DNA of 64,000 nt. Source: Terriglobia bacterium (GTDB taxonomy: Bacteria > Acidobacteriota > Terriglobia > 20CM-2-55-15). The notes under the pieces were generated by a model. The model saw only the letters and a program-made list of their open reading frames with translations. It was not told where the DNA came from and made no database searches. The DNA lies in assembly GCA_965206125.1 (NCBI GenBank), contig CBDBIN010000041.1:155674-219673 (forward strand), in the 5' to 3' direction. Of the stretch, positions 9,186 through 18,833 are shown in pieces; within the stretch, counting starts at the first letter, position 1; each line of letters opens with the position of its first letter. Position numbers and translations under genes: made by a program.

Positions 9186-11027
9186 TCAAGCGTGATTGAC
9201 GAGGTATTGATAGCGGCATAGCAGCAGAAGTACCCGAAATGCCCCCGTTCCGTGTGAATAAAGACTTGGAAAGAGTCTACGGAAAAGGAGGCATTTCGGA
9301 TGAACGATTATACGCGCAAGAACATGAAGAACCGCAAGCGGCGAATCGAGCGCCGGCTTGCGGACCGGAATTGGACAGATCAGGCGGCGCCGATGTTTTC
9401 GGCGAGCAACATTCATTATGAGATGGGAGAGCGGACGCGCGGCACGGCGGTGGGCGGAATCGGGATGATGCAGTTGGTGGCGCGGCGGACGGGGCTGGTC
9501 AAAGCCATCGACGAGAGTGTGCATGTGCTGAAGCGGCACTTGCCGTATCACGAATCGGATCACGTGCTGAACATCGCCTATAACGCGTTGAATGGAGGGA
9601 CGTGCCTGGAGGACATCGAGTTGCGGCGCAACGACGAAGTGTATCTGGATGCGCTGGGAGCGCAACGGATTCCGGACCCGACGACGGCGGGAGACTTCTG
9701 CCGGAGATTTGAGCCCAGCGACGTGGAGTCTCTGATGGAGGCGACGAATCAAGTCCGGCTGCGAGTCTGGCGCCAGCAGCCCGAGGCGTTTTTCGAAGAA
9801 GCGGTGTTGGACGCCGATGGGACACTGGCTGAAACCACAGGCGAATGCAAGCAAGGAATGGACGTGGCCTACAACGGGACCTGGGGGTATCACCCGCTGG
9901 TGATTTCGCTGGCGAATACTCAAGAGCCGCTGTACCTGGTCAATCGCAGCGGTAACCGGCCCTCGCATGAGGGAGCGGCCGCACGGTTCGACCAGGCCAT
10001 CGCGCTGTGCCGTCGAGGCGGGTTTCGCCAGATCCTGCTGCGCGGGGACACCGACTTCAGCCAGACCCGGCACCTGGATGGATGGGACGACCAGGGCGTG
10101 GGATTCATCTTCGGCATCGACGCCATGCAGAATCTGGTGGCGCTGGCCGATGAACTGGAACCGCACCAATGGACGCGTCTGGAACGGCCCGCCAAGTACG
10201 CGGTGGCCACCGAACCGCGCCAACGTCCCGACAACGTGAAGGAACAAGTCGTTCGGGAGCGCGGTTTCGACAATATCCGGTTGCAGGGCGAGGATGTGGC
10301 CGAGTTTGCGTATCGGCCCAGAGCCTGCGACCGGGACTACCGCGTTGTCGTGGTGCGGAAGAATCTGTCGGTGGCCAAAGGCGAACAGGTGTTGTTCGAC
10401 GACATCCGATACTTCTTCTACATTACCAACCGCTCGGATTCGGCCAGCCAGATTGTGCTCCGTGCGAATCAACGGTGCAATCAAGAGAATCTCATTGAGC
10501 AGCTCAAGAACGGCGTTCAGGCCTTGAGGATGCCGGTCGGGGATCAGACCAGCAACGGGGCCTACATGGTCATGGCGTCGCTGGCCTGGACACTGAAGGC
10601 GTGGTTTGCGTTGCTGCTGCCCGAAACCGGACGCTGGGGCCAGAAGTATCAGGCCGAGAAACAGACGGTACTGCACATGGAGTTCAAGACGTTTCTAAAC
10701 GCCTTCATGTTCGTGCCTTGTCAGCTCGTGCGCACCGGGCGGCGCATCCTCTTCAGGATTCTGGCCTGGAACCGGTGGTTGCCGGTCTTGTTCCGTGCCG
10801 TGGATGTGCTGCATCAACCTCTGCGATGCTGACCCGATCATGGCCCTGAGCCCGGGCGATCGAGGTCCCGGTTTCTGTCAACCGCTCCAACACCAGCGAG
10901 GCTGAACTGAAACAGATCCAACAGAAACCCGATACCTGGATAAAACGATCCGGGAGCGGGATTCTATGCCTCGAATTTTATGCGCGCAACCTGGCCGTTG
11001 GCGGACTGGTTATGCGCTTGTTTTGGG
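9180..11027 (+). mobile_element. IS1380-like (IS4-superfamily) insertion sequence, about 1.85 kb, inserted into the TolB-propeller pseudogene
   Basis: GCTAGT is present on both flanks (9174-9179 and 11028-11033), a likely target-site duplication. The propeller ORF reads ...LYGAS before the element and resumes ...GASWGTDDTILFGQ after it. Imperfect terminal IRs CCC....CAAGCG. Confidence 0.7.
9300..10832 (+). CDS. IS1380-family/IS4-like DDE transposase (510 aa)
   Basis: Long ORF. The C-terminal signature R-x3-E-x6-K (RCNQENLIEQLK) follows YITNRSD. Sits inside the TSD-bounded element. Confidence 0.75.
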   Translation: MNDYTRKNMKNRKRRIERRLADRNWTDQAAPMFSASNIHYEMGERTRGTAVGGIGMMQLVARRTGLVKAIDESVHVLKRHLPYHESDHVLNIAYNALNGGTCLEDIELRRNDEVYLDALGAQRIPDPTTAGDFCRRFEPSDVESLMEATNQVRLRVWRQQPEAFFEEAVLDADGTLAETTGECKQGMDVAYNGTWGYHPLVISLANTQEPLYLVNRSGNRPSHEGAAARFDQAIALCRRGGFRQILLRGDTDFSQTRHLDGWDDQGVGFIFGIDAMQNLVALADELEPHQWTRLERPAKYAVATEPRQRPDNVKEQVVRERGFDNIRLQGEDVAEFAYRPRACDRDYRVVVVRKNLSVAKGEQVLFDDIRYFFYITNRSDSASQIVLRANQRCNQENLIEQLKNGVQALRMPVGDQTSNGAYMVMASLAWTLKAWFALLLPETGRWGQKYQAEKQTVLHMEFKTFLNAFMFVPCQLVRTGRRILFRILAWNRWLPVLFRAVDVLHQPLRC

Positions 11028-11636
11028 GCTAGTTGGGGCACGGACGACACCATTCTCTTTGGGCAGTCCGAAGGCATCATGCGTGTTTCCGCTAACGGCG
11101 GGATTCCGGAGACGCTGGTACCAGCGGAGAGAGGAGAACGGTTTTTTGGCCCGCAGATCCTGCCCGACGGGGATTCGTTGCTCTACACGGTGGCGGTCTG
11201 GATGAACCCCCGTGCGACCCTCTGGGATGAAGCCCAGGTTGTCATCCGGTCGCTGGAAACGGGGGATGAGAAATCGCTGTTTGAAGGCCACGATGCCCGA
11301 TATCTATCTACGGGGCATCTCGTGTACATCTCAGCGGATGTTGTGTATGCCATTCCCTTTGATTTGGCCCGTCTGGAATCCTCGGGCGAGTCGGTTCCAG
11401 TTGTGAATGGCGTTGCGCGAACCCCGCCCGCTTTAACAGTGGACTCGACTGGGGATGGGCATTTCGGTCTCTCTAATCAAGGTTCGCTGGTGTACGTTCC
11501 TGCCGGTGTTCTGGGAGCAAGACCCGACCCTCAGAGGGGATTGGTTTGGGTGGACCGCGACGGAAGTAATGTGACTCCACTCGATCTTCCTAAGGCATGT
11601 GACCTTCTGATTGACCTCAACTCCTTTCCCTCATAG
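11028..11636 (+). pseudogene. TolB-like beta-propeller fragment (continuation of gene 8647-9185 after the IS1380-like insertion), 3' truncated
   Basis: Homologous to the propeller of 3635-6334 (…LVWVDRDGSNVTPL matches LVWVDRDGQEEPL). Homology stops about 80 bp before the IS30 copy-2 end. Confidence 0.6.
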
Positions 11637-11668
11637 TATTTAGCCAACTTTTCGCTGTTCGTTGCTGG

Positions 11669-12882
11669 TCTCAACGGATCGACGCAACACTTTATCTTAA
11701 AAGGAAGAGGTGGAGTGTATGCGGAAAGGGATGCGATTCGGTTTCACGGCGGCGGAGAAGGCGGAGGTATGGGATCGGTGGCGGCGAGGGGAATCTCTGC
11801 ATGAGATCGGGCGAGCGTTTGGCAAGCTGTCATCGTCTGTATATTGTCAGCTGGCGCATACCGGAGGCATTCGTCCTCGACCACGACGACGGTCGAGGTT
11901 GGCTTTGAGCCTGTCGGAACGTGAGGAGATCTCCCGCGGGATCGCGGCCGAGCAGTCGTTGAGTTCGATCGCAGAGTGTCTGGGGCGTTCACCCTCGACG
12001 GTGAGCCGGGAGATCCAGCGCAATGGGGGCTATGATGACTACCGGGCGTCTGTCGCCGATGAACAGGCTTGGAACCGGGCCCGTCGCCCGAAGCGATGTC
12101 AGTTGGGTCGCCATCCGCGGTTACGGCGAATGGTGGCGAGGAAGCTCCGGCGGAATTGGTTGCCCGAACAGATCGCCGGCTGGCTGAAGCGATCCTATCC
12201 AGAGGATGAGTCGTATCACGTGTCCCACGAGACGATCTATCGCAGACTATTCGTGCAGGCGCGCGGGGTGTTTAAGAAAGAACTACTTAGACATCTGAGG
12301 TCGAGACGAACGATTCGTCGATCCCGACATTCCAGTCACAAAGGTCACGGGAAAGGGGATCTCGCCGATATCGTATCGATTCGTGAGCGCCCGGCCGAGG
12401 TCGAAGATCGTGCCGTTCCCGGTCACTGGGAGGGAGATCTGATAGTGGGATCGAACAACACCTACATTGCGACCCTGGTCGAACGCCATACCCGTTACGT
12501 GATGTTGGTGAAAGTGTCGGATAAACAGACCAAGACCGTCGTGCCTGCACTGATCAAGCACGCGAAGAAACTACCGACCGAGCTGTATAAATCGCTGACC
12601 TGGGATCGCGGCAAGGAAATGGGAGATCATCGGCGGTTTACCCTGGCGACCGACATCGACGTCTACTTCTGCGATCCGCAGAGTCCATGGCAACGTGGTT
12701 CCAATGAAAACACGAATGGCCTGCTCCGACAGTACTTCCCAAAGAGAACCGACTTATCGGTGCACTCGCAGGCGCACCTGAACAAGGTGGCACGTGAGCT
12801 CAATGAACGGCCGCGTAAGACGCTGGAGTTTGAAACTCCAGCAGAACGATTCAACGCTTGTGTTGCATCGATCGGTTGAGGT
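11669..12882 (+). mobile_element. IS30-family insertion sequence, copy 2; inverted relative to copy 1
   Basis: The whole element, including 41 bp upstream of the ATG and the IR overlapping the transposase stop, matches copy 1. Flanks are unrelated. Confidence 0.85.
11710..12879 (+). CDS. IS30-family DDE transposase (389 aa), near-identical to 7390-8559
   Basis: Same motifs as copy 1. Five aa substitutions. Confidence 0.9.
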   Translation: MECMRKGMRFGFTAAEKAEVWDRWRRGESLHEIGRAFGKLSSSVYCQLAHTGGIRPRPRRRSRLALSLSEREEISRGIAAEQSLSSIAECLGRSPSTVSREIQRNGGYDDYRASVADEQAWNRARRPKRCQLGRHPRLRRMVARKLRRNWLPEQIAGWLKRSYPEDESYHVSHETIYRRLFVQARGVFKKELLRHLRSRRTIRRSRHSSHKGHGKGDLADIVSIRERPAEVEDRAVPGHWEGDLIVGSNNTYIATLVERHTRYVMLVKVSDKQTKTVVPALIKHAKKLPTELYKSLTWDRGKEMGDHRRFTLATDIDVYFCDPQSPWQRGSNENTNGLLRQYFPKRTDLSVHSQAHLNKVARELNERPRKTLEFETPAERFNACVASIG

Positions 12883-12907
12883 GGCATTTCAACAGGGACT
12901 TCTAACC

Positions 12908-13037
12908 ATGCAACCCGGCACGTAGCTTGGCCACTACGAGATCCTTTCCGCGCTTGGCAAGGGTGGGAATGGGACTGTGTGGCGCGAGAAGGGCAAAGTC
13001 GCAATCCTCGCTCAGGTGTGGTGTGGCAACTTCTAAC
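12908..13037 (+). pseudogene. Ser/Thr kinase N-terminal fragment with in-frame TAG (MQPGT*LGHYEILSALGKGGNGTVWRE...)
   Basis: Glycine-loop motif LGKGGxG. Parallels 13665 ([27 protein letters not shown]). A stop replaces Gln at codon 6, and homology is lost after about 40 codons. Confidence 0.5.
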
Positions 13038-13284
13038 GAAAGCATCCCGTCCGCCCAGAACAAGAACCTTCTGGATCGGTTCCTATCTCTGTTCAGCGTG
13101 GTCAAGTCTGGTGAGGGCGGTAGCGCGATCCTGCTGACCCTGAATGTCTTCCTGCTCCTCGGTGCCTACTACTTCCTGAAGATCTCTCGGGACACTTTGA
13201 TTCTCGCGGAGTCGGGCGCGGCCGCGGCGAGCTAGGTGGCGAAACTTCGCGGAGCTTTCGCCGAACGGGAGGTGGCTCTCCTAC

Positions 13285-13659
13285 ATGTCTGATGAATCAG
13301 GCCAGTGGCAAATCTACGTCGTCAGCTATCCCGACCAGCGAGTAGCCAAGCGGCTGGTGTCCTCGACAGGTGGCGAGGAACCGCGCTGGAGCCCGGATGG
13401 GAGCGAGATCATTTACAGGTACGGGTCGCAATGGTTTTCCGCCTCGTTTTCGGACGATCCGTCGCTGGAACTGGGGTCACCAGAGGTACTGTTTGAAGGA
13501 CCCTATATCAACATCCCCGGGTACTCCTGGGACATCTCACCGGATGGTGACCGCTTTCTCTTGGTGGAGAACCCCGCCCAAAACGAGCCTCTTACCAAAC
13601 TAGTCGTGATCACGAAGTTCTTCGACGAGATTCGGCGAAGACTGCCCGTGGATCAGTAG
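13285..13659 (+). pseudogene. C-terminal fragment of a kinase-TolB propeller gene (last blades plus tail variant ...[14 protein letters not shown])
   Basis: Aligns with residues about 780-899 of 3635-6334 (EIYV..P....W..S..GG....WSPDG.E). No upstream kinase or propeller sequence remains. Confidence 0.55.
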
Positions 13660-13664
13660 GGGAA

Positions 13665-13901
13665 ATGACTCCCGGCACCCAACTCGGCAGCTACGAGATC
13701 CTCTCACCACTCGGCAAGGGCGGGATGGGAGAAGTGTGGCGTGCACGCGACCAGAAGCTCGGACGCGAAGTCGCCATCAAGACCCACCCCGAAGAGTTTG
13801 CCAAGGACGAGGAACGCCTGGCAAGCCCTTCAAGGCCTGGACTACCGGTAGCTGCGTCGGAGTTGCCTGATTCTACCAGTCTGTCCCACTTGTCCCACTA
13901 A
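13665..13901 (+). pseudogene. Ser/Thr kinase N-terminal fragment (78 aa: G-loop and VAIK lysine, then truncation)
   Basis: [45 protein letters not shown]..., then non-kinase sequence and a stop. Confidence 0.55.
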
Positions 13902-14076
13902 TCCCAGAACTGACAACCCTCGAAACAAAGGGGGTAGTTATATATAGCGGTATAAAAACTCCTGGGATATCCGGGATAACTGGGACACCCCCTCGGATCA
14001 GTCCCAGACAGGGAGAGTTCCAGGGACTCAAAGCTGTCCTTGAGCATCACCATCAATCGTCCGTGCATAAAACGAA

Positions 14077-14109
14077 AGCCCAGGGAACCTGTGGCACCCT
14101 GGGCTTTGA
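14077..14109 (-). terminator. Stem-loop (11-bp perfect stem AAAGCCCAGGG/CCCTGGGCTTT) downstream of the minus-strand gene 14165-15516, followed by a T-rich run on the minus strand
   Basis: The inverted repeat is visible directly in the sequence. On the minus strand the stem is followed by CGTTTTAT. Confidence 0.4.
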
Positions 14110-14164
14110 CTGCCAATCCAAGAGCGGTGCCGCCCCTGGAAGGTTTCAGACGCTGGCTGCTTCT

Positions 14165-15516
14165 CTAATCGTCCTCATCATCGTCATCATCGTCTTCCTG
14201 GCCCTCAACGAGCGTCTGGTAGGCTCTCTCCATCAGGACGTACGCGCCGAAGAGGTCCTCGTCGTCGTCTCTGTCGTCTCCGTTGTCCGCTGAGATGTAG
14301 GATACGAAAGGACCGTCCATGCCGGAAACGCCGGCTTCGAAGTAGGTCAGGGCCCGCGCGTCCTCCACCGGCGATACTGTGATGAACAACTTCCGGAGCT
14401 TTCTCAGGCCGCGATTGAACTGGGCTCTCGCCCTGTTCACGACGTTGTTTGGCCGGATGCCCAGGGTTTCGAACAACAGGATCGCATCTCCGACGATCGG
14501 TACGACCTTCAGCAAGGATTCGGGACGGAATGAATTATGGTTGCGGACTCCGCTGGACAGTGAATTGGCGATGATCCGGATTTCATCGGCTTCGATCTTT
14601 TCCCTCAGCGGTCCGATTACCTGGTCAACGATCGTCTGCTGAACGCTATCGAGCGCGTCTGCATTGCCCTGGATTGCGGTGGCAAGCTGCTGCGTAGGTA
14701 CCCCAAGACGTTGGGCAGTGTATCGATGCCGGCGGCGACCGTGGAGTTGACACTTAGGACCGCTCCGGCGATGCTCGCCTGCACATTGCCCTCGACGATC
14801 CCGAGAGCAGCGCGGACAGCATCAACGGCACTGACGGCGCGGTCACCCTGCGCCACCACGTTGGCGTTGATGTTGCCCTCGCTCCCGACGATCTGGCCGA
14901 CAACGGCGTCTTCGCTGAAAATGATCTGGTCGACGATGCCCGGGTGCGGATCCAGTGGTGGAGGTGGGGGTGGTGGCGGCGGCGGTTCAGGCGCGCCGGC
15001 GATCGCGATGTTCGAATTTGACGTGTCGATTTTGTAAAAAGTAAAAAGATCCGGGATTGGAAGCAGCGTGCCCCGCAGCTGGATCCGGAATTCGTATACG
15101 TTCCGGTCTACGCCGGTTCCCGCGATCGGGTCGTTGCTGATGTTAAAAGAAGCCGAAACCGGCGCGGCGGGAGTCGAGTTGCACAGTATGGCGGGAGGCA
15201 TCGGCGTCTCCCCGACCTTGCGGTCGTTGACGTACAACTCGATCACCATCTGACCGTTGAACACACAACTGGGTCCGAGGAAAAGGGTGAAACCCACGGC
15301 CTCCACGCTGGCGATGCCGTTGGTTGAAATGCGATCGCCCCGTGCACCGTCTCCCTGGGCGAACCAGAAAAAGGGACCGAGGAATAAGTTCTGGCCAAAG
15401 GTGGTGTCGTGACCCTGGGGAAAGGCAAAGACCTCCGACAGGACCTGCGCCCGGGCGGTGCCGGCCCCCAGCAGAACGAACATGAAGACCCACAAGTGTC
15501 TCTTTGGAAATTTCAT
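14165..15516 (-). CDS. Secreted hypothetical protein with a poly-proline linker (P12) and a poly-Asp/Glu C-terminal tail; apparent frameshift near 14700
   Basis: ORF 14617-15516 has a signal peptide. ORF 14165-14515 stays open upstream in a second frame across 14516-14740, overlapping the first. One nucleotide slip near 14700 would join the two into a single ~450-aa protein. Confidence 0.45.
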
Positions 15517-16183
15517 GACAACTCCTGTTTCATCCTGAAACCGGCCTCCCCCGCCCCACTACAGATGGCGCCCTGCAAGGCCGAATTCCTAGGTATGGTT
15601 CCTGATAGAGCGGGTTATAGAATAAGGACAGTGTGAAGTAAAGACCGAACGTTCGAAGTACGGAACAATTTGGTACGGAAAACCGTGCTCATCTGAGGGC
15701 TGCTCTGCCAGGCATGCGACCTTCTGATTGCTATCAACCCCCACCCGTAGTTAGATTGACCAAGTCTTGGAGTGATCCAGTTCGCTTTCGCGCGGATGCT
15801 GTCTGGTCGGGTCCAAGGAGCGCAAGGGTACCATTTCATCCCGTACAATAAAGTACTTGGTAATTTAAAGTAAGTCGTGAGAGAGTCGTGCACATGAGGA
15901 ATCCTCCGCCGTTGCTGGTTGTCATCGCTGGTGCCGGGCAGCTACTGCTCGCCGCGGTGGCCATGTGGGTATGGGAGACGATCCCGCGCGAGGCCGATCC
16001 GGAGGCGCTGCCGTCGCGCGTGCTCGAGCCGGAGCGCCGCAGGCCCGCAGGCTCAGCTCGCCAGCGCGTTGTGCCGGTACGCCGAAGTTGGCGATTCCAG
16101 CGTAATCTTCCGCCGGCCCGTAAGGGAGGCATGCGGGCAACCCGGCACAAGGCTCGTGCCTTATGCCGGAGGGTTGACTGACC

Positions 16184-17521
16184 ATGACAAGAGCCACGAT
16201 CGCCGTCGGGGCATTCGCCATCGTACTCGTCCTCCTCGTCCTGGCCACCGGCCGCCGGAACCGTGAGCAGGACGTCGACCCCGCGATGGCCACCGCGCCC
16301 GCGATTCCCCCTTCGACCGCGGCGGCGGCCCACCAGGGCTTCCTCTACGGCCGGATCACCACCGATGACGGCGCCACCTACGAGGGGCGGCTGCGCTGGG
16401 GGGGCGACGAGGAGGCGTTCTGGGGCGACTACTTTAACGGTTTCAAGGACGAGAATCCCTGGGTTGCCCACGTGCCGCCCGAGCACCTCAAGGAGCGCCT
16501 CCCGATCGAGATCTTCGGAGTCGAGATCGCCCAGTGGGAGAGCCAGATCAACCTCGGCCGGCCTTTCATGGCGCGCTTCGGCGACATCGCGCGCATCGAG
16601 CCGCGGGGTCGCGACATTCGGGTGACCCTCAAGGACGGGGCCGTGTTTGCCCTCGACCGCTTCGCCGCCGACGACCTCGCCGACGGCGTGCGAGTGTGGG
16701 ACAGTCGCGGCGTTGTGGACTTCGACGAGTGGCGGATCCGCATCATCGAGCTTCTCCCAACCGCCCGACTAGGCGCCGTCCCCGACCGGCTGCACGGCAC
16801 GGTGCGCACGCGGGGTGGCGACTTCACCGGCTTCGTCCAATGGGATCGGGAGGATTGCGTCGGTACGGACGAACTCAACGGCTACACCGCCGAAGGTGAC
16901 CTCAACCTTCGTTTCGACGGCATCCGCTCCATCGCGCGGAACTCGCCGGACAGCTCCCTCGTGACGCTTCTCGACGGCCGCGAGATCGTGCTCTCGGGCA
17001 CCCGCGCAGTCGGCCAGGGCAACCGCGGGATCTACGTCGACGACCGGCGCTACGGCCGGGTGCTGATTTCCTGGGACGCTTTCGAGCGCGTCGACTTCAG
17101 TCCCGGCGGTAGCGGCCCCGCCTTCGGCGACTTCCCGCCGGGGCGCCCGCTCACGGGCAGCGTCACCACCCGCGCCGGCCGCCGCCTTGCCGGCCGGCTG
17201 GTCTACGACCTCGACGAGAGCGAGATCACCGAGACGCTCGACGCCCCATCCGAGGGCGTGGACTACACTATCCCCTTCGGCCTGATCGCCTCGATCTTGC
17301 CCCCCGGCCGCGAAGAGCCCGGCGTCCAGCATGCCAGGGTGATCCTCCATAGCGGCGAGGAACTGCAACTTGAGCCCACCGGCGACCTCGGCGAGGGGAA
17401 TGCCGGCATGCTGATCTTCGTCGACGACAGTGAGCGCCCCGAGTACGTGCTTTGGACCGACGTCGAGTGGGTCGACCTCGACCGACCGCCGGCGATGTAC
17501 CCGCCGCTCGGCGGGCGCTAG
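16184..17521 (+). CDS. Membrane-anchored hypothetical protein with three internal repeats (G-R/T-hydrophobic-TTR/DDG.....GRL.W/YD), encoded in a very high-GC (~70%) segment
   Basis: N-terminal TM helix (IAVGAFAIVLVLLVLA). Repeated blocks begin GRITTDDGATYEGRLRWGGD, GTVRTRGGDFTGFVQWDRED and GSVTTRAGRRLAGRLVYDLDE. The many overlapping ORFs on both strands here are GC artefacts. Confidence 0.5.
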   Translation: MTRATIAVGAFAIVLVLLVLATGRRNREQDVDPAMATAPAIPPSTAAAAHQGFLYGRITTDDGATYEGRLRWGGDEEAFWGDYFNGFKDENPWVAHVPPEHLKERLPIEIFGVEIAQWESQINLGRPFMARFGDIARIEPRGRDIRVTLKDGAVFALDRFAADDLADGVRVWDSRGVVDFDEWRIRIIELLPTARLGAVPDRLHGTVRTRGGDFTGFVQWDREDCVGTDELNGYTAEGDLNLRFDGIRSIARNSPDSSLVTLLDGREIVLSGTRAVGQGNRGIYVDDRRYGRVLISWDAFERVDFSPGGSGPAFGDFPPGRPLTGSVTTRAGRRLAGRLVYDLDESEITETLDAPSEGVDYTIPFGLIASILPPGREEPGVQHARVILHSGEELQLEPTGDLGEGNAGMLIFVDDSERPEYVLWTDVEWVDLDRPPAMYPPLGGR

Positions 17522-17690
17522 ATCACCAGCCGCCCCGCGATTCAACGCGTCATCGGAATCATTCAACGGTTCTTGAGTCACTTGGGGGGCGACGCCGACC
17601 CTAGGTGCCGGATGTAATCGGCTCCCGAGCCGAGCACCCCAAAACCCCGGGGTTATTGTCCGGCTGGCGCAGATCTTCTACTCAATTCGT

Positions 17691-18182
17691 TCAAGACGAT
17701 AGGTAATCGCACCACGTTGAGCCCATCCCTTGAAGTGTGAGGATCAGCGATTCACCCTCAAATCTGTAGCCGTAACTCAAGTCGGTTCCAGCCCTGAACG
17801 GCGGCATCACGTTCGGGATCTTCGCAATGATGTTGCGTACGGTGATTTCCGAATCCGTAGCTGCATACGTGCCCGCATCAGCGATGAAGTTGTCATAGGC
17901 CGCCAGCCGTTCCGCATCTGTTCGCTCTGCGCTAAGCGGTGCCCTCGGCTCCACACTGGGAATCAGCATGTTGCTGAAATGTCGTTCCGTGAACATGTAC
18001 AACCCCGGTCGAGGGTCTGCGTTCGTTGTCGTCCCATCTGGCGTAGTCTCCACGGTCTCGGAGATCAGCCAGACACCGACAAGTTGCTCAGGTCCTTCTG
18101 TCTGACCGTGCGCCGGAACAGATGCCAAACCAACGAGGATCAGGAACGTGCCAGTGACGGTGAGAAGATTACGTATGCTCAT
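17691..18182 (-). CDS. Secreted lipocalin-like domain protein
   Basis: Signal peptide, then GVWLISE...TPDG...GLYMFTERHFS..., the lipocalin-like (PF13924-type) pattern. Confidence 0.45.
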   Translation of the reverse strand: MSIRNLLTVTGTFLILVGLASVPAHGQTEGPEQLVGVWLISETVETTPDGTTTNADPRPGLYMFTERHFSNMLIPSVEPRAPLSAERTDAERLAAYDNFIADAGTYAATDSEITVRNIIAKIPNVMPPFRAGTDLSYGYRFEGESLILTLQGMGSTWCDYLSS

Positions 18183-18340
18183 AGCCCCCCGTGCCTCCTT
18201 CCGCGTGGTTCAGCCATCCTGCCCTATTTCTGGTGTGGACTCCAGATTTCCTCCTTCATTGACCCTAAACCACTACTCTCTTACTATTTAGCCAAGTTCC
18301 ACCCAGCATCGGGCGACGGACCGCCCTGTATCGGCGGTCT

Positions 18341-18721
18341 ATGCGCCAGCATTCACGATGGGATGCTCGGAGGACCCACGAACCAGAAATCGACGGTCAT
18401 AGACCAATGACTCTGCCTCCTGAACCCGACACACAAGAAGTTGCACTCAAGCGCTCCGGCTGGGGCGCAGCAGCCTTAGTGACTTCTATTGTTGCCTTGG
18501 CTGTGTCGGGCGTGCTCAGTGACTGGATCATGACGGATGCTGTTCTACGTCCTATGATCCTGGATCTTCTTCTAGGACCGTGGATTCTTCTAATTCTGGT
18601 TGTTGCCGTTCTTGGATTCTGTGGCCTCAGCCACGAGGGCCGAAAAAAGGATTTTGCCGTTATGGCTTTGGGACTGGATGCTCTTGCCTTATTGCTCTTC
18701 GTTATGAGTGTGATGTCATGA
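18341..18721 (+). CDS. Small integral membrane protein (3-4 TM helices), hypothetical
   Basis: Hydrophobic ORF. It is followed in the same frame, after its stop, by the orphan kinase tail. Confidence 0.4.
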   Translation: MRQHSRWDARRTHEPEIDGHRPMTLPPEPDTQEVALKRSGWGAAALVTSIVALAVSGVLSDWIMTDAVLRPMILDLLLGPWILLILVVAVLGFCGLSHEGRKKDFAVMALGLDALALLLFVMSVMS

Positions 18722-18739
18722 GCGGCTTTTTCTGCTCCA

Positions 18740-18814
18740 GGGACCTCAGTGCCGAAAGTGAACATCGTCCTCAACTGGTTTGAAGAACTGAAGGAACGGG
18801 TGCCGGTGCCATGA
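18740..18814 (+). pseudogene. Orphan C-terminal tail fragment of a kinase-TolB family gene (PGTSVPKVNIVLNWFEELKERVPVP*)
   Basis: Translation matches the tail of 3635-6334 and the orphan at 1672-1744. The nucleotide similarity begins at the same breakpoint in both and ends at the stop codon. Confidence 0.5.
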
Positions 18815-18833
18815 TCGGCTAACAGAGGAACTC

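Noticed and set aside
15836-17581. Many overlapping ORFs on both strands (e.g. 15836-16486, 16263-16625, 16429-16878, 16769-17581)
   Set aside because: In about 70% GC DNA, stop-free stretches occur in all frames. Only 16184-17521 has coherent features (TM anchor, internal repeats).
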